A stretch of DNA of 64,000 nucleotides from Chiloscyllium plagiosum (taxonomy: Eukaryota). The notes beneath the pieces were generated by a model that saw only the letters and a list, made by a program, of their open reading frames with translations, searched no databases and had not been told where the DNA came from. Location: assembly GCF_004010195.1 (NCBI RefSeq), contig NC_057720.1, forward strand, positions 27,963,473 through 28,027,472, written 5' to 3'. The position numbers were made by a program, and so were the translations under genes. Below, piece after piece: positions 11,899-24,090 of the stretch (positions within the stretch are counted from its first letter, which is position 1; every line of letters begins with the position of its first letter).

Positions 11899-12607
11899 AG
11901 ATATTTAGAACATTCAGGCACACAAGGAGGCCACTCTGCTGGTTGTGCTCACTTTGACCAAACAGTGAATCATCAAGTCTGATTCCATTTCCAGCAATTG
12001 GTTCATACTACTTGAGGTTGCAGAACATCCGATGTGTATCCAAACACCTGTTTAGGTTGCTGTGGCTTATACCCTTTGGGACAGAGCGAAACCCCTTATC
12101 ACCCTTGGGTGAAAAACAAATTCTCCTCTAATCCTTCAACCAGTCATTTTAAGTCCATGCTCTGCTAAGGGAAGTAAGCCTCTCATAACCATGTATACAC
12201 CAATAAAATCTTTATTCTGTTTCCTCTGTTCCAAGAAAAACAACCCCATTCAGCCCATTATTTCCTCATAGTTCTGAAAAGATGTTTGTGAATCTCCTCT
12301 CTAATCTATCCCTTCTGTAATGGGGGTGACTGGAATTTCACATAGTACTCAAACTGTGGTCTAACTGATGACTTGTTACTTTCAAGGTCTGTTGGCATGC
12401 ACTCAAGTCCCTCACATCCACTAAGCCTCTCAGTATTGTCCTATTTAGTGAGTATTATTTTGCTTTGTTTGTCCTTACCAAATGCATCAGAAGACTAATC
12501 TAGGCTGAATATAGAGTACTGATTCATCTAGGAGGGCAGATTTTGCTGATAAGCAGGAGGTTTCCTTCCCATGTTTGACCTTCTGCTACAAGACCTCCTG
12601 AGAGTAA

Positions 12608-15215
12608 TGAATAAAGTGTGTGCCACTGGAAAAGCACAGCAGGTCAGGCAGCGTACGAGGAGCAGGAGAACCAATGTTTCGGGCATCAGTCCTTCACCAG
12701 AAGTGAGGCTTGTGCATAGGGGCCGAGAGAGAAATGGATGGGGGGGTGGGGTTGGGAGGAAGGTAGCTGAGAAAGCGATAGGTGGGAGAAGGTGATCGGT
12801 CAGAAGGGAAGTGATGGACAGGTCTGGGGGGCGGTGCCCAGTTGGAAGCTTGGGACTGGGATAGTGTGAAGGGAGAGGAAATAAGGAAGCTGTTGAAATC
12901 CACATTTATCCTGTGTGGTTGCAGGTGGAATATGAGTCCAAGGTGGAATATGAGTCGTTCTTCCTCTAGGCATCGGGTGGGAACAGTTAGACGGTGGAGG
13001 AAGCCCATGACCTGCAATTCCTTGACGGAGTGGGAAGGGGAGTTGAAATGTGGGGTTGGTGGGTGCGGTGATCCCAGAGATGTTCTCAGAAATGATCTGC
13101 AAGAAGGCATCCTGTCTCCCCGATGTAGAGGAGACCACACCGGGTGCAGTGGATGCAGTAGATGATATTGGTAGAGATACAGATAAATTTCTGACTGATG
13201 TGGAAGGATCCCTTGGGGCCTTGGACGGAGATGAGGGGAGTGGTATGGGCACAGGTTTTGCATTTCCTGTGGTGGCAGGGAAAGGAGTAGGGTGTGGGCT
13301 GGTGGGGGTGTGGACCTGATGAGGGAGATGTGGAGGGAATGGTCTTTCCGGAATGCAGATAGGGTTGGGGAGGGAAATATATCTTTGGTGATGGCATCCG
13401 TTTGGAGGTGGCGGAGGATGATGTGATGCATGCAGAGGTTGATGGAGTGGAAGCTGAGGACCGGGGGGTTCTGTCTTTGTTGCGTTGGGAGGGATGGGGG
13501 TCAAGGGCGGTGGTGCGTGAAGTGGAGGAGATGCACTAGAGGGCATTGTCAACCACGTGGGAAGGGAAGTTGCGATTGTGAAAGAAGGAGGCCATCTGGG
13601 ACTTAGTGAGGTGGAATTGGTCATTCTGGGAACAGATGCAGCGGAGGAGTTGGGAATAAGAGATAGCGTTTTTACAGGAAGTAGAGTAGAAGGAGGTGTC
13701 GTCTTGGCAGCTGAGGGAGTCGGTAGACTTGTTGTAGATATCTGTGGTTATTCGGTCACCGGAAACGGTGATGGAGAGGTCCAGGAAGGGGAGGGAGGTG
13801 TCCAAGATTGTCCAGGTGAATTTGAGGTCGGGGTGGAAGGTGTTGGTAAGGTGGTTGAACTGTTCAACCTCATCGTGGGAGCATGAGGCTGCGCCGATAC
13901 AGTCATCATTGTAGCCGAGGAACAGACGGGGGAGTGGTGCTGGTGTAACTGCGGAAGATGGACTGTTCCACATATCTGATAAATAGGCAGGCATAGCTAG
14001 GTCCTATGCGAATGCCCATGGCTACCCATTTGGGTTTGGAGGAAGTGGGATGATTGGAAGGAGAAGTTGTTGATGGTGAGGACCAGTTCAGCCAGCAGAT
14101 GAGGGTGTTGGTGGAAGGGTACTGGTTGGGATGGCGTGAGAGAAAGAAACTGAGGGCTTGGAGACCTTCATCGTGGCGCATCGATGTGTACAGGGACTGC
14201 GTGTTCCCGGTGAAGATGAGGCGTTCAGGGCCAGGGAAACAAAAATTTTGGAGGAGGTGAAGGACATAGATGATGTCATGAATGTAAGCGGTGAGCACCT
14301 GGACTAAGGGGGACAGGATGGTGCTGAGGTAGGAAGAGATGAGTTTGGTGGGGCAGGTGCAGGCTAAGACAATGGGTCGACCAAGGCAGTCAGGTTTGTG
14401 AATCTTGGAAAGGAATCAGGCAGTGCAGAGTTCACTGACAGTGAGGTAGGAGGCTGTGGGTGGGAGATTCTCAGAGGTGATGAGGTTGTGGATTGTCTGG
14501 GAGATGATGGTTTGGTGATGGGAGACAAGGCCATGAGCAAGGGGGCAGTAGGAGGAGGTGTCTGCGAGTTGGCACCTGGCTTCAGCAGTGTATCATCATC
14601 TGTTGCATCTGGTGTGGTCTCCACTACATCGGGGAAACAGGAGGCCTTCTTGCGGATCATTTCAGAGAACGTCTCTGGGACACCTGCACCCATCAACCCC
14701 ACTGCCCCGTAGCTGAATACTTCAACACCCCCTCCCACTCCGTCAATGACATGACATGCAGGTCCTGGGCCGCCTCCACCACCAAACTGTTAGCACCCGA
14801 TGCCTGAAGGAAGAATGCCTCATATTCCGCCTTAGGACCCTGCAACCACAAGGGATAAATGTGGATTTCAATAGCTTCCTCATTTCCCCTCTCCCCACAT
14901 TATCCCAGTCCCAAGCCTCCAACTCTGCTCCACCCTCCAGACCTGTCCATCTCTCCCCCTGATCTATCACCACCTCCCTCACCTTCACCCACCTATTGCT
15001 TTCTCAGCTACCTTCCCCCCCCTCCTCCCCCCAACCCCACCCCCCCCCTTCCATTTATCTCTCAGCCCGAACCCACAAGCCTCACTCCTGATGAAGGGCT
15101 TGTGCCCGAAACATCGATTCTCCTGCTCCTTGGATGCTGCCTGACCTGCTATGCTTTTCCACTGACAAACTCTTGACTGTGATATCCAGCACCTGCAGTC
15201 CTCACTTTCTCCTCA
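12608..15215 (-). mobile_element. Penelope-like element, family A (RT + GIY-YIG, minus strand) with an inverted 3' copy on the plus strand (~14590-15215)
   Basis: Minus ORF pieces VAMGIRIGPSYACLF, FLGYNDDCIG, NIIYCIHCTRCGLLYIGETG; 9-bp TSD tgagagtaa at 12599-12607 and 15216-15224; hammerhead core at 15088-15115. Confidence 0.92.
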
Positions 15216-15674
15216 TGAGAGTAAGGAGTCAATATTGAGGACTCCCTGTACTCTCTCAAAACTATAGTCTATACTGATGGAAGTTTGCTCTACAATGACC
15301 CACACATCCTGGCTATGTTATGTTCCACTGGAGATTATTGGGAGGGTGTTGTTTTGGAAGTCTTCAGCATTGACTCAAGACCTCATTGAAATCTCGAGGC
15401 ATCAGGTGGAACATTGAGTGAGAAACGTCGTGCTAATCACCACCTTCCAAACTGCTCGCCCCCCACGAATGATGAATCAGTACTCCTCCATGTTGAAAAT
15501 CAATTGGACAAAGCAATGAGGGTGGCAAGGACACAGACTGTACTCTGGGTGGGGGGGTTTCAGTGTCCATCACCAAGAGTGACTTTGTTGAACAATTGTC
15601 TATGGACCTGGTCAGGCATAGTTGCTAGACTGGATTTGCAGCAATGTTCTCTGTAAGCTGTGTGTATGTACAGG

Positions 15675-15790
15675 GTGAAAGTGAGGACTGCAGATGCTGG
15701 AGACCAGAGTCGAGAGTGTGATGGTGGAAAAGCACAGCCGGTCAGGCAGCATCCGAGGAGCAGGAGATTCAACGTTTTGGGCAGGAATGA
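15675..15790 (-). mobile_element. Penelope family A arm
   Basis: gtgaaagtgaggactgcagatgctggag...aacgttttgggc, reverse of the family A terminus. Confidence 0.85.
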
Positions 15791-15793
15791 GGC

Positions 15794-16090
15794 AGGCGGC
15801 ACGGTGGCACAGTGGTTAGCACTGTTGCCTCACAGCGCCAGAGACCCGGGTTCAATTCCCGCCTCAGGCAACTGACTGTGGAGTTTGCACATTATCCCCG
15901 TGTCTGCGTGGGTTTCCTCCCACAGTCCAAAAATGTGTGGGTTAGGTGAATTGGCCGTGCTAAATTGCCCATAGTTAGGTGAAGGTGTAAATGTAGGGGA
16001 ATGGGTTTGGGTGGTTTGCACTTTGGCGTGTTGGTGTGGACTTGTTGGGCTGAAGGGCCTGTTTCCACACTGCAAGTAATCTAATCTAAT
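15794..16090 (+). mobile_element. HE1-like V-SINE
   Basis: A box tggcacagtgg, B box ggttcaattcc, central domain and (CTAAT)n tail. Confidence 0.9.
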
Positions 16091-16658
16091 CAAAGTTTGT
16101 GAGAAGATTTGTAGCTCGGGTGCTCGTTGTTGTGGTTCTGTTTGTCGAGCCAGGAATTTGTGTTGCAGATGTTTCGTCCCCTGTCTAGATGACCTCCTCC
16201 GTGCGTGGGAGCCTCCTGTGAAGAGCTTCTATGATCTTTCCTCCGGCATTTGTAGTGGTTTGAATCTGCCGCTTCCGGTTGTCAGTTCCAGCTGTCCATT
16301 GCAGTGGTCGGTATATTGGGTCCAGGTCGATGTGCTTATTGAATTCATGTTGCTTGTCATCCTCGTGTGTGGCTACTAAGGATAGCTGGTCGTGTCGTTT
16401 CGTGGCTAGTTGGTGTTCATAGATGCTCATCCACAGATTCAATCAATAAACACATTGACCTGGACCCAATATACCGACCACTGCAATGGACAGCTGGAAC
16501 TGCCAACCGGAAGCAGCAGATTCAAATCACTACAAATGCTGGAGGAAATATCACAGAAGCGCTTCACAGGAGTCTCCCAAGCACTGAGGATGTCACCTAG
16601 ACAGGGGGCGAAACATCTGCAACACAAATTCCTGGCTCAGTGAACAGAACCACAACAA
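16091..16658. mobile_element. Palindromic Penelope-like element, family B, inserted in the SINE (CTAAT)n tail
   Basis: Inverted arms encoding the GIY-YIG C-terminus (INKHIDLDPIYRPLQ) on both strands; CTAAT repeats resume after 16658. Confidence 0.88.
16581..16620 (+). ncRNA. Minimal hammerhead ribozyme core, family B
   Basis: GCA-CTGAGGA-t-GTCaCCT-agac-AGGgGGC-GAAA-ca-TC-TGC: helix I GCA/TGC closes the core; CG>CA decay in helix III. Confidence 0.7.
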
Positions 16659-17529
16659 TCTAATTAATCTAATCTAAGTGTGTGCAGAAGAGAAAATAAT
16701 CAGGAATGCTGGTTTGCGGCAGGTGAAGAAGTAACCTATATGGAAAACACTTAATCACATTCTCACTAATTTATCTTGCATAGATGCATCAGTCCATCAC
16801 AATATTGACAGGAGTGATTATCGTGCAGTCTTTATCCATCGTGTTGTGTGGTATGACCATTGTGCTAAATGGGGTTTTTATATTTTTATCAGATCTAGCA
16901 GTTAAAAAGTAGAGATACATGAGATGCTGTGGTTCATCAGCAGCAGAACTGTATTGAGCCAAGAAGCTGTAATCTCATAGCCCAGCGTAAGACCCTGGTC
17001 ATCCATTACCATCTTGCTGGGAAACCAACTTCGAATGACTTAAGTGTTCAGGAGAAACATTAGGTAATCTGCTTGCATGCAAAATTGTCGGAATCCCAAA
17101 GTATATGCTGACGAGTAGAGAGACTAATTTGTGGTAGACAATAGAGAAAAATCTTGGCTGACGTTGAAGTAAGGGAGCTCATTGTTTTGGTTTATTTCAA
17201 ATGGAGCTTAAATGTCCTAAAGACTGGCAGTTGTATCAAACAGCATATCCTTTAGACAGTTAGCAACAAACAAGATACTACCGTACCTGACTAGTTTACA
17301 CTTAGAAATATTGCAACTGTACATTGGATGTAATCCTGCAATTGGACAACAGTGCGAAGAATTATGCCAACGAACAATTTAGGATTGTCAGTTTGACTCC
17401 GTGTAGGGCACGTATATTTGCAGCAACATATATGAATACACATGGCCTTGTTCTTCGCAGAGACCAAAAAAATTGCATGCAATATGTGTCTTTGAACTCA
17501 ACAATATTAGTGAGAGCCAACTGCTGATT

Positions 17530-17875
17530 TTGTTTTATTCATTCGTGGAATGAGGGCATTGGTGGCTAGGCCAGCGTTTTAATGCCCATCCCTAACTGCC
17601 CAGAGGGCAGTTAAGAGTCAACCACATTGTTGTGGGTCCGGAGTCACATGTAGGTCAGACCAGCAGTTTCCTTCCCTCAGGGACATCAGTGAACCAATTG
17701 AGTTTTTCCAACACTCGACAATGGATTTGTGGTCATAATAGACTATTAATTCCAGATATTTATTGAATTCAGATATCACCATCTCCCATGGCAGGATTCG
17801 ACATGAGGTCCCCAGAACATTACCTGGGTCTCTGGGTTAGGTGATCAGCGATATTAACACTAGGCCATTGCCTTG
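17530..17875 (-). mobile_element. tRNA-derived SINE, second family
   Basis: Reverse complement of the SINE at 56098-56640 (B-box-like tcgaatcc, tail gggcattaaaacgctggcc...gaataaaa). Confidence 0.8.
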
Positions 17876-18919
17876 CTCAAACAGAGCTAACCTGCTTTGT
17901 TTTTAAGAATATTGTATCTCTACCATGTGGAAGCAAACCATTTGGCCCATCAAGTCCATCAACCCCCTTAGCCTATCCTTGTAACCCTGCATTTCCTCTG
18001 GCTAATCCACCTCGCCAACACATCCCTGGACACTATGGGCAATTTAGCATGGCCATGCAACACTTGTTTAAAATCTAAAGCCTGGCAGTTAACTGTCAAT
18101 TGTATTAATGATGAATTCACCATGGCAATACCTCTACCAATCAGAATCTACTTGCTAACCAATTAGCATCTTCACTCGTGCAATATAAATTAGGGTTTTT
18201 CACTTGAATTGGTATTTTTGTGAAATGTTCTGATTGAGTGCAAAATGCTGTTTTTCTGCAATATTCAAATTCTAGACTAAATCATTATTTGAGCGCATTT
18301 AAATTTTGTAAATTAATGTCATTTAGTAAACGTAAATATCGGATTAGTGTTGCATCAAGCAAGTCTACAACTTAAATTTCGCCCAACTGATTGATATCGA
18401 TACTCTCCATACTCCTCTAATGCTGTCATTGCCCATTTATTCATCATCTCTTCACTTCACAAGTGATCCCTAGTGACATATCTGCCATAAAACATTGGAG
18501 GCTGAAATGCATCACGCAGGGCTTGTAGTCACACCCCATAAATCAAGTAATTTAGATTTAGTCATTGGCCAGGGACAGTTAGTTATGACTGCATGTGAGA
18601 CAGCTATAGAGATCCAAAGGAGGCATTGGAGGACCTTCAGCTCTTGCACATGTCCATCAAGATTTATAGGTTTTGTAGCCTGTGTACACGGGGTGAAAAC
18701 TGCATTGTGAATTAGCACACTGATCATAGCACTGTGGTGTGGGGAACCATTTAATTTTGGGAAATAGGTACTGTTCCTGCAGATAAGAGGTGCTGTCTAT
18801 CTAGTTTCACATTAAGAATATCTCATTGGAACGGGAGAATATTTTTGAGTGAGATCAAGAGGATCCATTTCTCATAGTCAGTGTGGATATTATGGACGTA
18901 TGTCGAATAAAGATAAAAT

Positions 18920-19075
18920 AAACATCAGCAGATGCTGGTGATCTGAAACAAAAACAGAAATCGTTGGAGAAACTCAGCAGGTCTGGTAGCATCTGGGAAC
19001 AAAGCAGAGTTAATGTTAACTACTTTTTTCCCCACAGATGCTGTCAGATTTGAGTTTCTCCAGCAATTTCTGATT
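18920..19075. mobile_element. Short palindromic Penelope-derived element, family D
   Basis: cagaaatcgttggagaaactcagcaggtctgg ... inverted cagatttgagtttctccagcaatttctg. Confidence 0.7.
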
Positions 19076-19113
19076 TAAGAAAGATGTTCCATTAAGGGAA
19101 TATGAGAAACTAT

Positions 19114-19412
19114 TGTTAGGTTCTTTTCCTGAGTTTTCTCACGCTAGATGCAATTCACACACACTAACTTCTGCAAACAGTTCAAGTTTATTAAACCTGT
19201 ACAAGCTGGGTGACCCACTTTGACCCTCTTCGCAGGCGTGTGAAGTCAAGTCAGAAGAGGCCCCGAACAAAGAAAACACATCCCTTTTATATAGGTCAGT
19301 TGGTAATGCTTACAGAACTCTGGCCACTCCCTCACAGTCACATGCCACTCAAGATACAATGCAGTGACCACCTCACCTCCAGAAACAATGTAATGTAAAT
19401 CATCCCTTAATG
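19114..19412 (-). mobile_element. Probable solo LTR
   Basis: Begins TGTTAGG and ends ccttaatg (imperfect inverted termini); on the minus strand TATATAAAA (~19285-19293) precedes AATAAA (~19186-19191); no clear TSD. Confidence 0.5.
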
Positions 19413-19842
19413 GTCAGATCTGGTGTGAATTGTATTTTTTGTGTAACTATAGGGTGCACTCAGCATTTCAATTGCAGTGTTCCAACTGACTTCTGAATAG
19501 GTGGTGGTGATGATACAAATGCAAGGGATGGGAATGTAAATTCCCACATTCCACCTATAAGATAAAGACATAGCACAATATCCCTGGGGCTTTCAATTTC
19601 TTGCAGGTCAGCAGAGCAAATTAACTCTTTAATATCACGCTATGGGCTAATTTAGAAAGCAGAACTACAAAGGCAGTAATCTCTGGTTATGTAATAGTCT
19701 TTAGGCTAGCTTTTTTAAATTCCAGTTTTTTAATGAATTCAAATTTAACCATCTGCCGTGGGAATTTGGGATTGCTTGTCCAATGACATTTCTGCTACAT
19801 CACTACCTTCCTCAGTGCAAGATAGACACACATTTAGTAGAT

Positions 19843-19991
19843 CATAGAGTTATAGAGATGTACAGCATGGAAACAGAGCCTTCAGTCCAACCTGTCCATG
19901 CCGACCAGATATCCAAACCCAATCTAGTCCCACCTGCCAGCACCCGGCCCATATCCCTCCAAACCCTTCCTATTCATATACCCATCCAAAT
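19843..19991 (-). mobile_element. CR1 3' end running into an assembly gap
   Basis: catagagttatagagatgtacagcatggaaacag is the reverse of the CR1 tail. Confidence 0.85.
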
Positions 19992-20035
19992 NNNNNNNNN
20001 NNNNNNNNNNNNNNNNNNNNNNNNNNNNNNNNNNN
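19992..20035. other. Assembly gap (44 N)
   Basis: Run of n. Confidence 1.
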
Positions 20036-20551
20036 TGCTGGCTCAAAAGTACTGCAATTCCATCCTAAAAGCATTGTGAGGTACCTTCAGTACACATGGA
20101 TTGCAGCAGTTTGATAAAATGGTCTGCCACCACCACGTCAACAGGATTTAGAGGTGGGCAATAAATGCTAGTATTGCTAACAATATTCAGATCCTGCAAA
20201 GTAAGTTTCTAAAAAAAGAACATTGCCTTATAATGGTGCTAAAATGCTCACTTTTCAGGTAGTTTACAAGGTGTTACATGGTCTTTAACTGGCCTAATTC
20301 TTTGTCAGTGGTAAGTGACTTCAGTCACTGGGATCATTTTCATTTTCCTAAGCAATATATGTCTAGTCCTAGCACTGCTAAACTTGAAATGAGTTGAGAT
20401 AAATTGATTCAGAGGTCAGTGGGGAATGTTTAGGGGACAGATGTATCATAGGCTTAGGATGACAGTGGAAAAGAACAACAAACAATCTGGACTATGAATT
20501 AACTGCAGATGAGCTGACTTCAGTTGGGCATGCATGAACCAGGAATGCATA

Positions 20552-20733
20552 GATTCCTGATGAAAGGCTTTTGCCCGAAACGTCGATTTTTCCTGCTATT
20601 TCCCTATAGTTACACAAAAAATACAATTCACACCAGATCTGACCATTAAGGGATGATTTGCATTACATTGTTTCTGGAGGTGAGGTGGTCACTGCATTGT
20701 ATCTTGAGTGACCTGCTGTGCTTTTCCAGCACC
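20552..20733 (+). mobile_element. Family A arm with hammerhead core and an embedded 109-bp inverted host segment
   Basis: CTGATGA 20557...GAAACGTC 20584; 20602-20710 is the reverse complement of 19346-19454. Confidence 0.85.
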
Positions 20734-20739
20734 CTTTGT

Positions 20740-21100
20740 GGGCGGCACGGTGGCACAGTGGTTAGCACTGCTGCCTCACAGCGCCAGAGACCCGGGTTCA
20801 ATTCCCGCCTCAGGTAACTGACTGACCCTGTGGAGTTTGCACATTCTCCCCGTGTCTGCGTGGGTTTCCTTCGGGTGCTCCGGTTTCCTCCCACAGTCCA
20901 AAAATGTGCAGGTTAGGTGAATTGGCCACACTAAATTGCCCGTAGTGTTAGATGTAGGGGTAAATGTAGGGGAATGGGTATGGGTGGGTGCGCTTCGGTG
21001 GGTCGGTGTGGACTTGTTGGGCCGAAGGGCCTGTTTCCACACTGTAAGTAATCTAATCTAATCTAATCTAATCTAATCTAATCTAATCACTCTAATCTAG
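20740..21100 (+). mobile_element. HE1-like V-SINE, young copy with long (CTAAT)n tail
   Basis: Intact A/B boxes, central domain and tail repeats. Confidence 0.92.
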
Positions 21101-21109
21101 AGCCATGAA

Positions 21110-24090
21110 GTCAGTCGGGAAAGCTGGCTGAACAAAGGGCTACCTTCAAAGAAGAGATGATTTGGGCATGATCAAGGTGATTACCTGAAAAAGGGAAATG
21201 GAGGGTTAAACACATGGAGCACTCTGGATGAAAAAGATGGAAATTAAGAAGATGAGGACAAAGTGTACTTAGCAAATACATTGACAGTCAGGCTGAATAT
21301 AGAAGAATCAGAAGGGAGGTGAAAAAGTAAAAAAGAAGAACTAAGGGCAATTATGTAAAGAGACTGACAGCTAACATAAGAGGTAATCCCAAAGTCTTTT
21401 AAGGCACATACAGTAAAAGCAGGAGTAGGGCTCAACAGGGATCATAAAGGGAATATAATCTTGGAAGCCAGGGGCATCATTGAGGTTTTAAATTAATACC
21501 AAGAAGGAGATACAACATAGGTCAAGGTGACAAAGGAGAAAATTCGGTCATTAGGATGAATCAAACTGGATGTGGTATTGGACAGACTGTCTGTAATACT
21601 AAATGAGTATTTTGCATTGGTGTTTACTCTGGAAAAGGACATGGAAGATATAGTATGTAGGGAAATAGACGGTGACATCTTGAAAAATGTCCAACTTTTT
21701 GAGGAGGAAGTGCTGGAGTCTTGAAACGCATAAAGTTGGTTAAATCCCCAGGACCTGATCAGGTGTACCCTAGTGCTCTTGTGGGAAGCTAGCGAAGTGA
21801 TTGAGATTTTTGTGTCACCGGTAGTCACAGGCAAGGTGCTGGAAGACTGGAGGTTGGCTAATGTGATGCCACTATTGAGGAAAGGTGGTAAGGACAAGCC
21901 AAGGAACGATAGATTGGCGAGCCTGATGTCGGTGGTGGGCAAGTTGTTGGAGGGAATCATGAGAGACAGGATGTACATGTATTTGGAAAGGCAAGGATTG
22001 ATTAGGGATAGTCAGCATGGCTTTGTGTGTAGGAAATAATGTCTCTCAAACTTGATTGAGTTTTTTGAAAAGGTAACAAAGCAGATTGATGAGGGCAGAG
22101 TGGTAGATGTGATCTATATGGACTTCAGTAAGGCGTTCGACATGGTTCCCCATGGAGACTGGTTAGCGAGGTTAGATTTCGTGGAATAGAGGGAGAACTA
22201 GCCATTTGGATACAAAACTGGCTCAAAGACAGATTGTGGTGTTGGAGGGTTGTTTTTCAGACTGGAGGCCTGTGACCAGTGGAGTGCCACGAGGATCGGT
22301 GCTGGGTCCACTACTTTTCGTCATTTATGTTCATATCCAAACCATTTGAATAAAGAGGTATATTTAGTAAGCTTGTAGATGACACCAAAATCGGAGTGTC
22401 GTGGACAATGAAGAAGGTCACCTCCGATTACTACGGGATCTTGATCAGATGGGCAAATGGGCTGAGGAGTGGCAGTTGGAATTTAATTGTGAGGTGTTGC
22501 ATTTTGGGAAAGCAAATCTTAGCAGGATTTGTACACTTATTGGTAAAGTCAAAGGGAGAGTGGATGAACAAAGAGACCTTGGAGTGCAGGTTCACAGCTC
22601 CTTGAAAGTAGAGTCACAATTAAATAGGATAGTGAAGGTTAGAGTATTGATTACAGAAGTTGGGAGACCTTTTTGTGGTTGTACAGAATATTGGTTAGGT
22701 CACTTTTGGAATATTGCGTGCAATTCTGGTCTCCTTCCTATTGGAAGGATGTTGTGAAACTTGAAAGAGTTCAAAAAAGATTTACAAGGATGTTGCCAGG
22801 GTTGGAGGATTTGAGCTGTAGACAGAGGCTGAATAGGCTAGGGCTGTTTTCCCTGGAGCATTGGAGGCTGAGGGGTGACCTCATAGAGGTTTTTGGGTAG
22901 GATAAATAGAGGTGTGTGGATAGGATAAATAGAAAGTCTTTTCCCTGCTGTGGGGGGAGTCCCAAACTAGAGGGCATAGGTTTAGGGTGAGAGGGGAAAG
23001 ATGTAAAAGAGACCTAAGGGGCAACTTTTTCATGCAGATGGTGTGGAATGAGCTGCCAGAGGAAGGCTAGTATAATTGCAACATCTGGACGGGTATATGA
23101 ATAGGAAGGGATATGGGCCAGTGCTGGCAGGTGGGACTAGATTAGGTTGGGATATCTGGTCGGCATAGACGAGTTGGACTGAAGGGTCTGTTTCCATGCT
23201 GTACATCTCTCTGACTCTATGACTTAAAGTTGACAAGGCCCTGCAATTGGATGAAATGTATCCAAGAACAACTGCAAGAAATTAGATTAGGAATGTGGAC
23301 AGACTGGCCATAATTTTTTACTCTTTCTTAGACTGAGGTGGTGCCAGAGAACTGGAGAATTACAAGTATTACACCCTTGTTCCAAAAAAAAATAAGCCCA
23401 GCAATTATAGACCATGTAACTTCAGTGGTATGAAAACTTGTGGAAACAATAATTTGACATTGAATTAATAGTTGCATGAGCGAATGTGAGTCAGCTAAGG
23501 AAAACAAACATTGATTTAGTGAGGGGAAAATGGTGTTTAACTATTTTGGGAGTTTTTTTTAAGTAACAGAGGATTGATAAATGCAATGTTGTTGATGTGG
23601 CATACATTGATATCCAAAAGGTGTTTTAATACAATGCTTAACAGAGACAAGTAAACATGTTAGTTTGTGGAATAAAATTGTACAATAGTAATCTGGATAC
23701 AAAACTGGCTGAGTGTTAGGAAACAGTAATGGTAAATATGTATTGTTTTGGGGCTGCTGAAGGTTTGTAGATGAATTCCCTAGGAATGCTTGTTTTTCCT
23801 GATTTAATATAAAAGTTTCAGAGCTTTGTGTACGTGGAATAATTTCAAAGTTTGTGGATGAAACAAAACTTGAAAGCCTTGTAAACTCTGTGAGGGCAGT
23901 GTTTTCCTTTGGAAGGATATTGACAAGTTGGTAGATTGGGTGGATAGGTGGCATATGAAGTTTAAAGGAGTGTGAAGTAATGCACTTTGGTGCAAATAAT
24001 ATGGAGGGACAGTATAAAATAGTGTGCAGGAGCAAACAGATCTGGGTGTATGTATGTGTAAAGGTAGCAGGATGAGTGAAGAGAGCAGTT
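21110..24090 (+). mobile_element. Old degenerate CR1 hosting a younger CR1 insertion
   Basis: Decayed ORF2 motifs on both sides of 21595-23225 (e.g. gcaattatagacca, tcaaagtttgtggatgaaac). Confidence 0.6.
21595..23225 (+). mobile_element. 5'-truncated CR1 (RT region and 3' UTR)
   Basis: [28 protein letters not shown]; tail tctctgactctatgact. Confidence 0.92.

Larger units (their letters stand above)
15225..17050 (+). mobile_element. Old CR1-like LINE endonuclease region, interrupted by younger insertions
   Basis: SPPTNDESVLLHVENQL...VLWVG.F resembles an APE endonuclease and resumes after ~16740 (ILTNL...SD). Confidence 0.55.

Noticed and set aside
15794..15870. tRNA genes at SINE heads (also 20740, 43490, 50718)
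   Set aside because: A/B boxes run directly into the SINE body and tail; they are SINE promoters, not complete tRNAs.
18080..18270. Possible ancient Penelope terminus or promoter (two CCAAT, TATAAA, ctgattgagtgc)
   Set aside because: Too degraded to support either a ribozyme or a promoter call.
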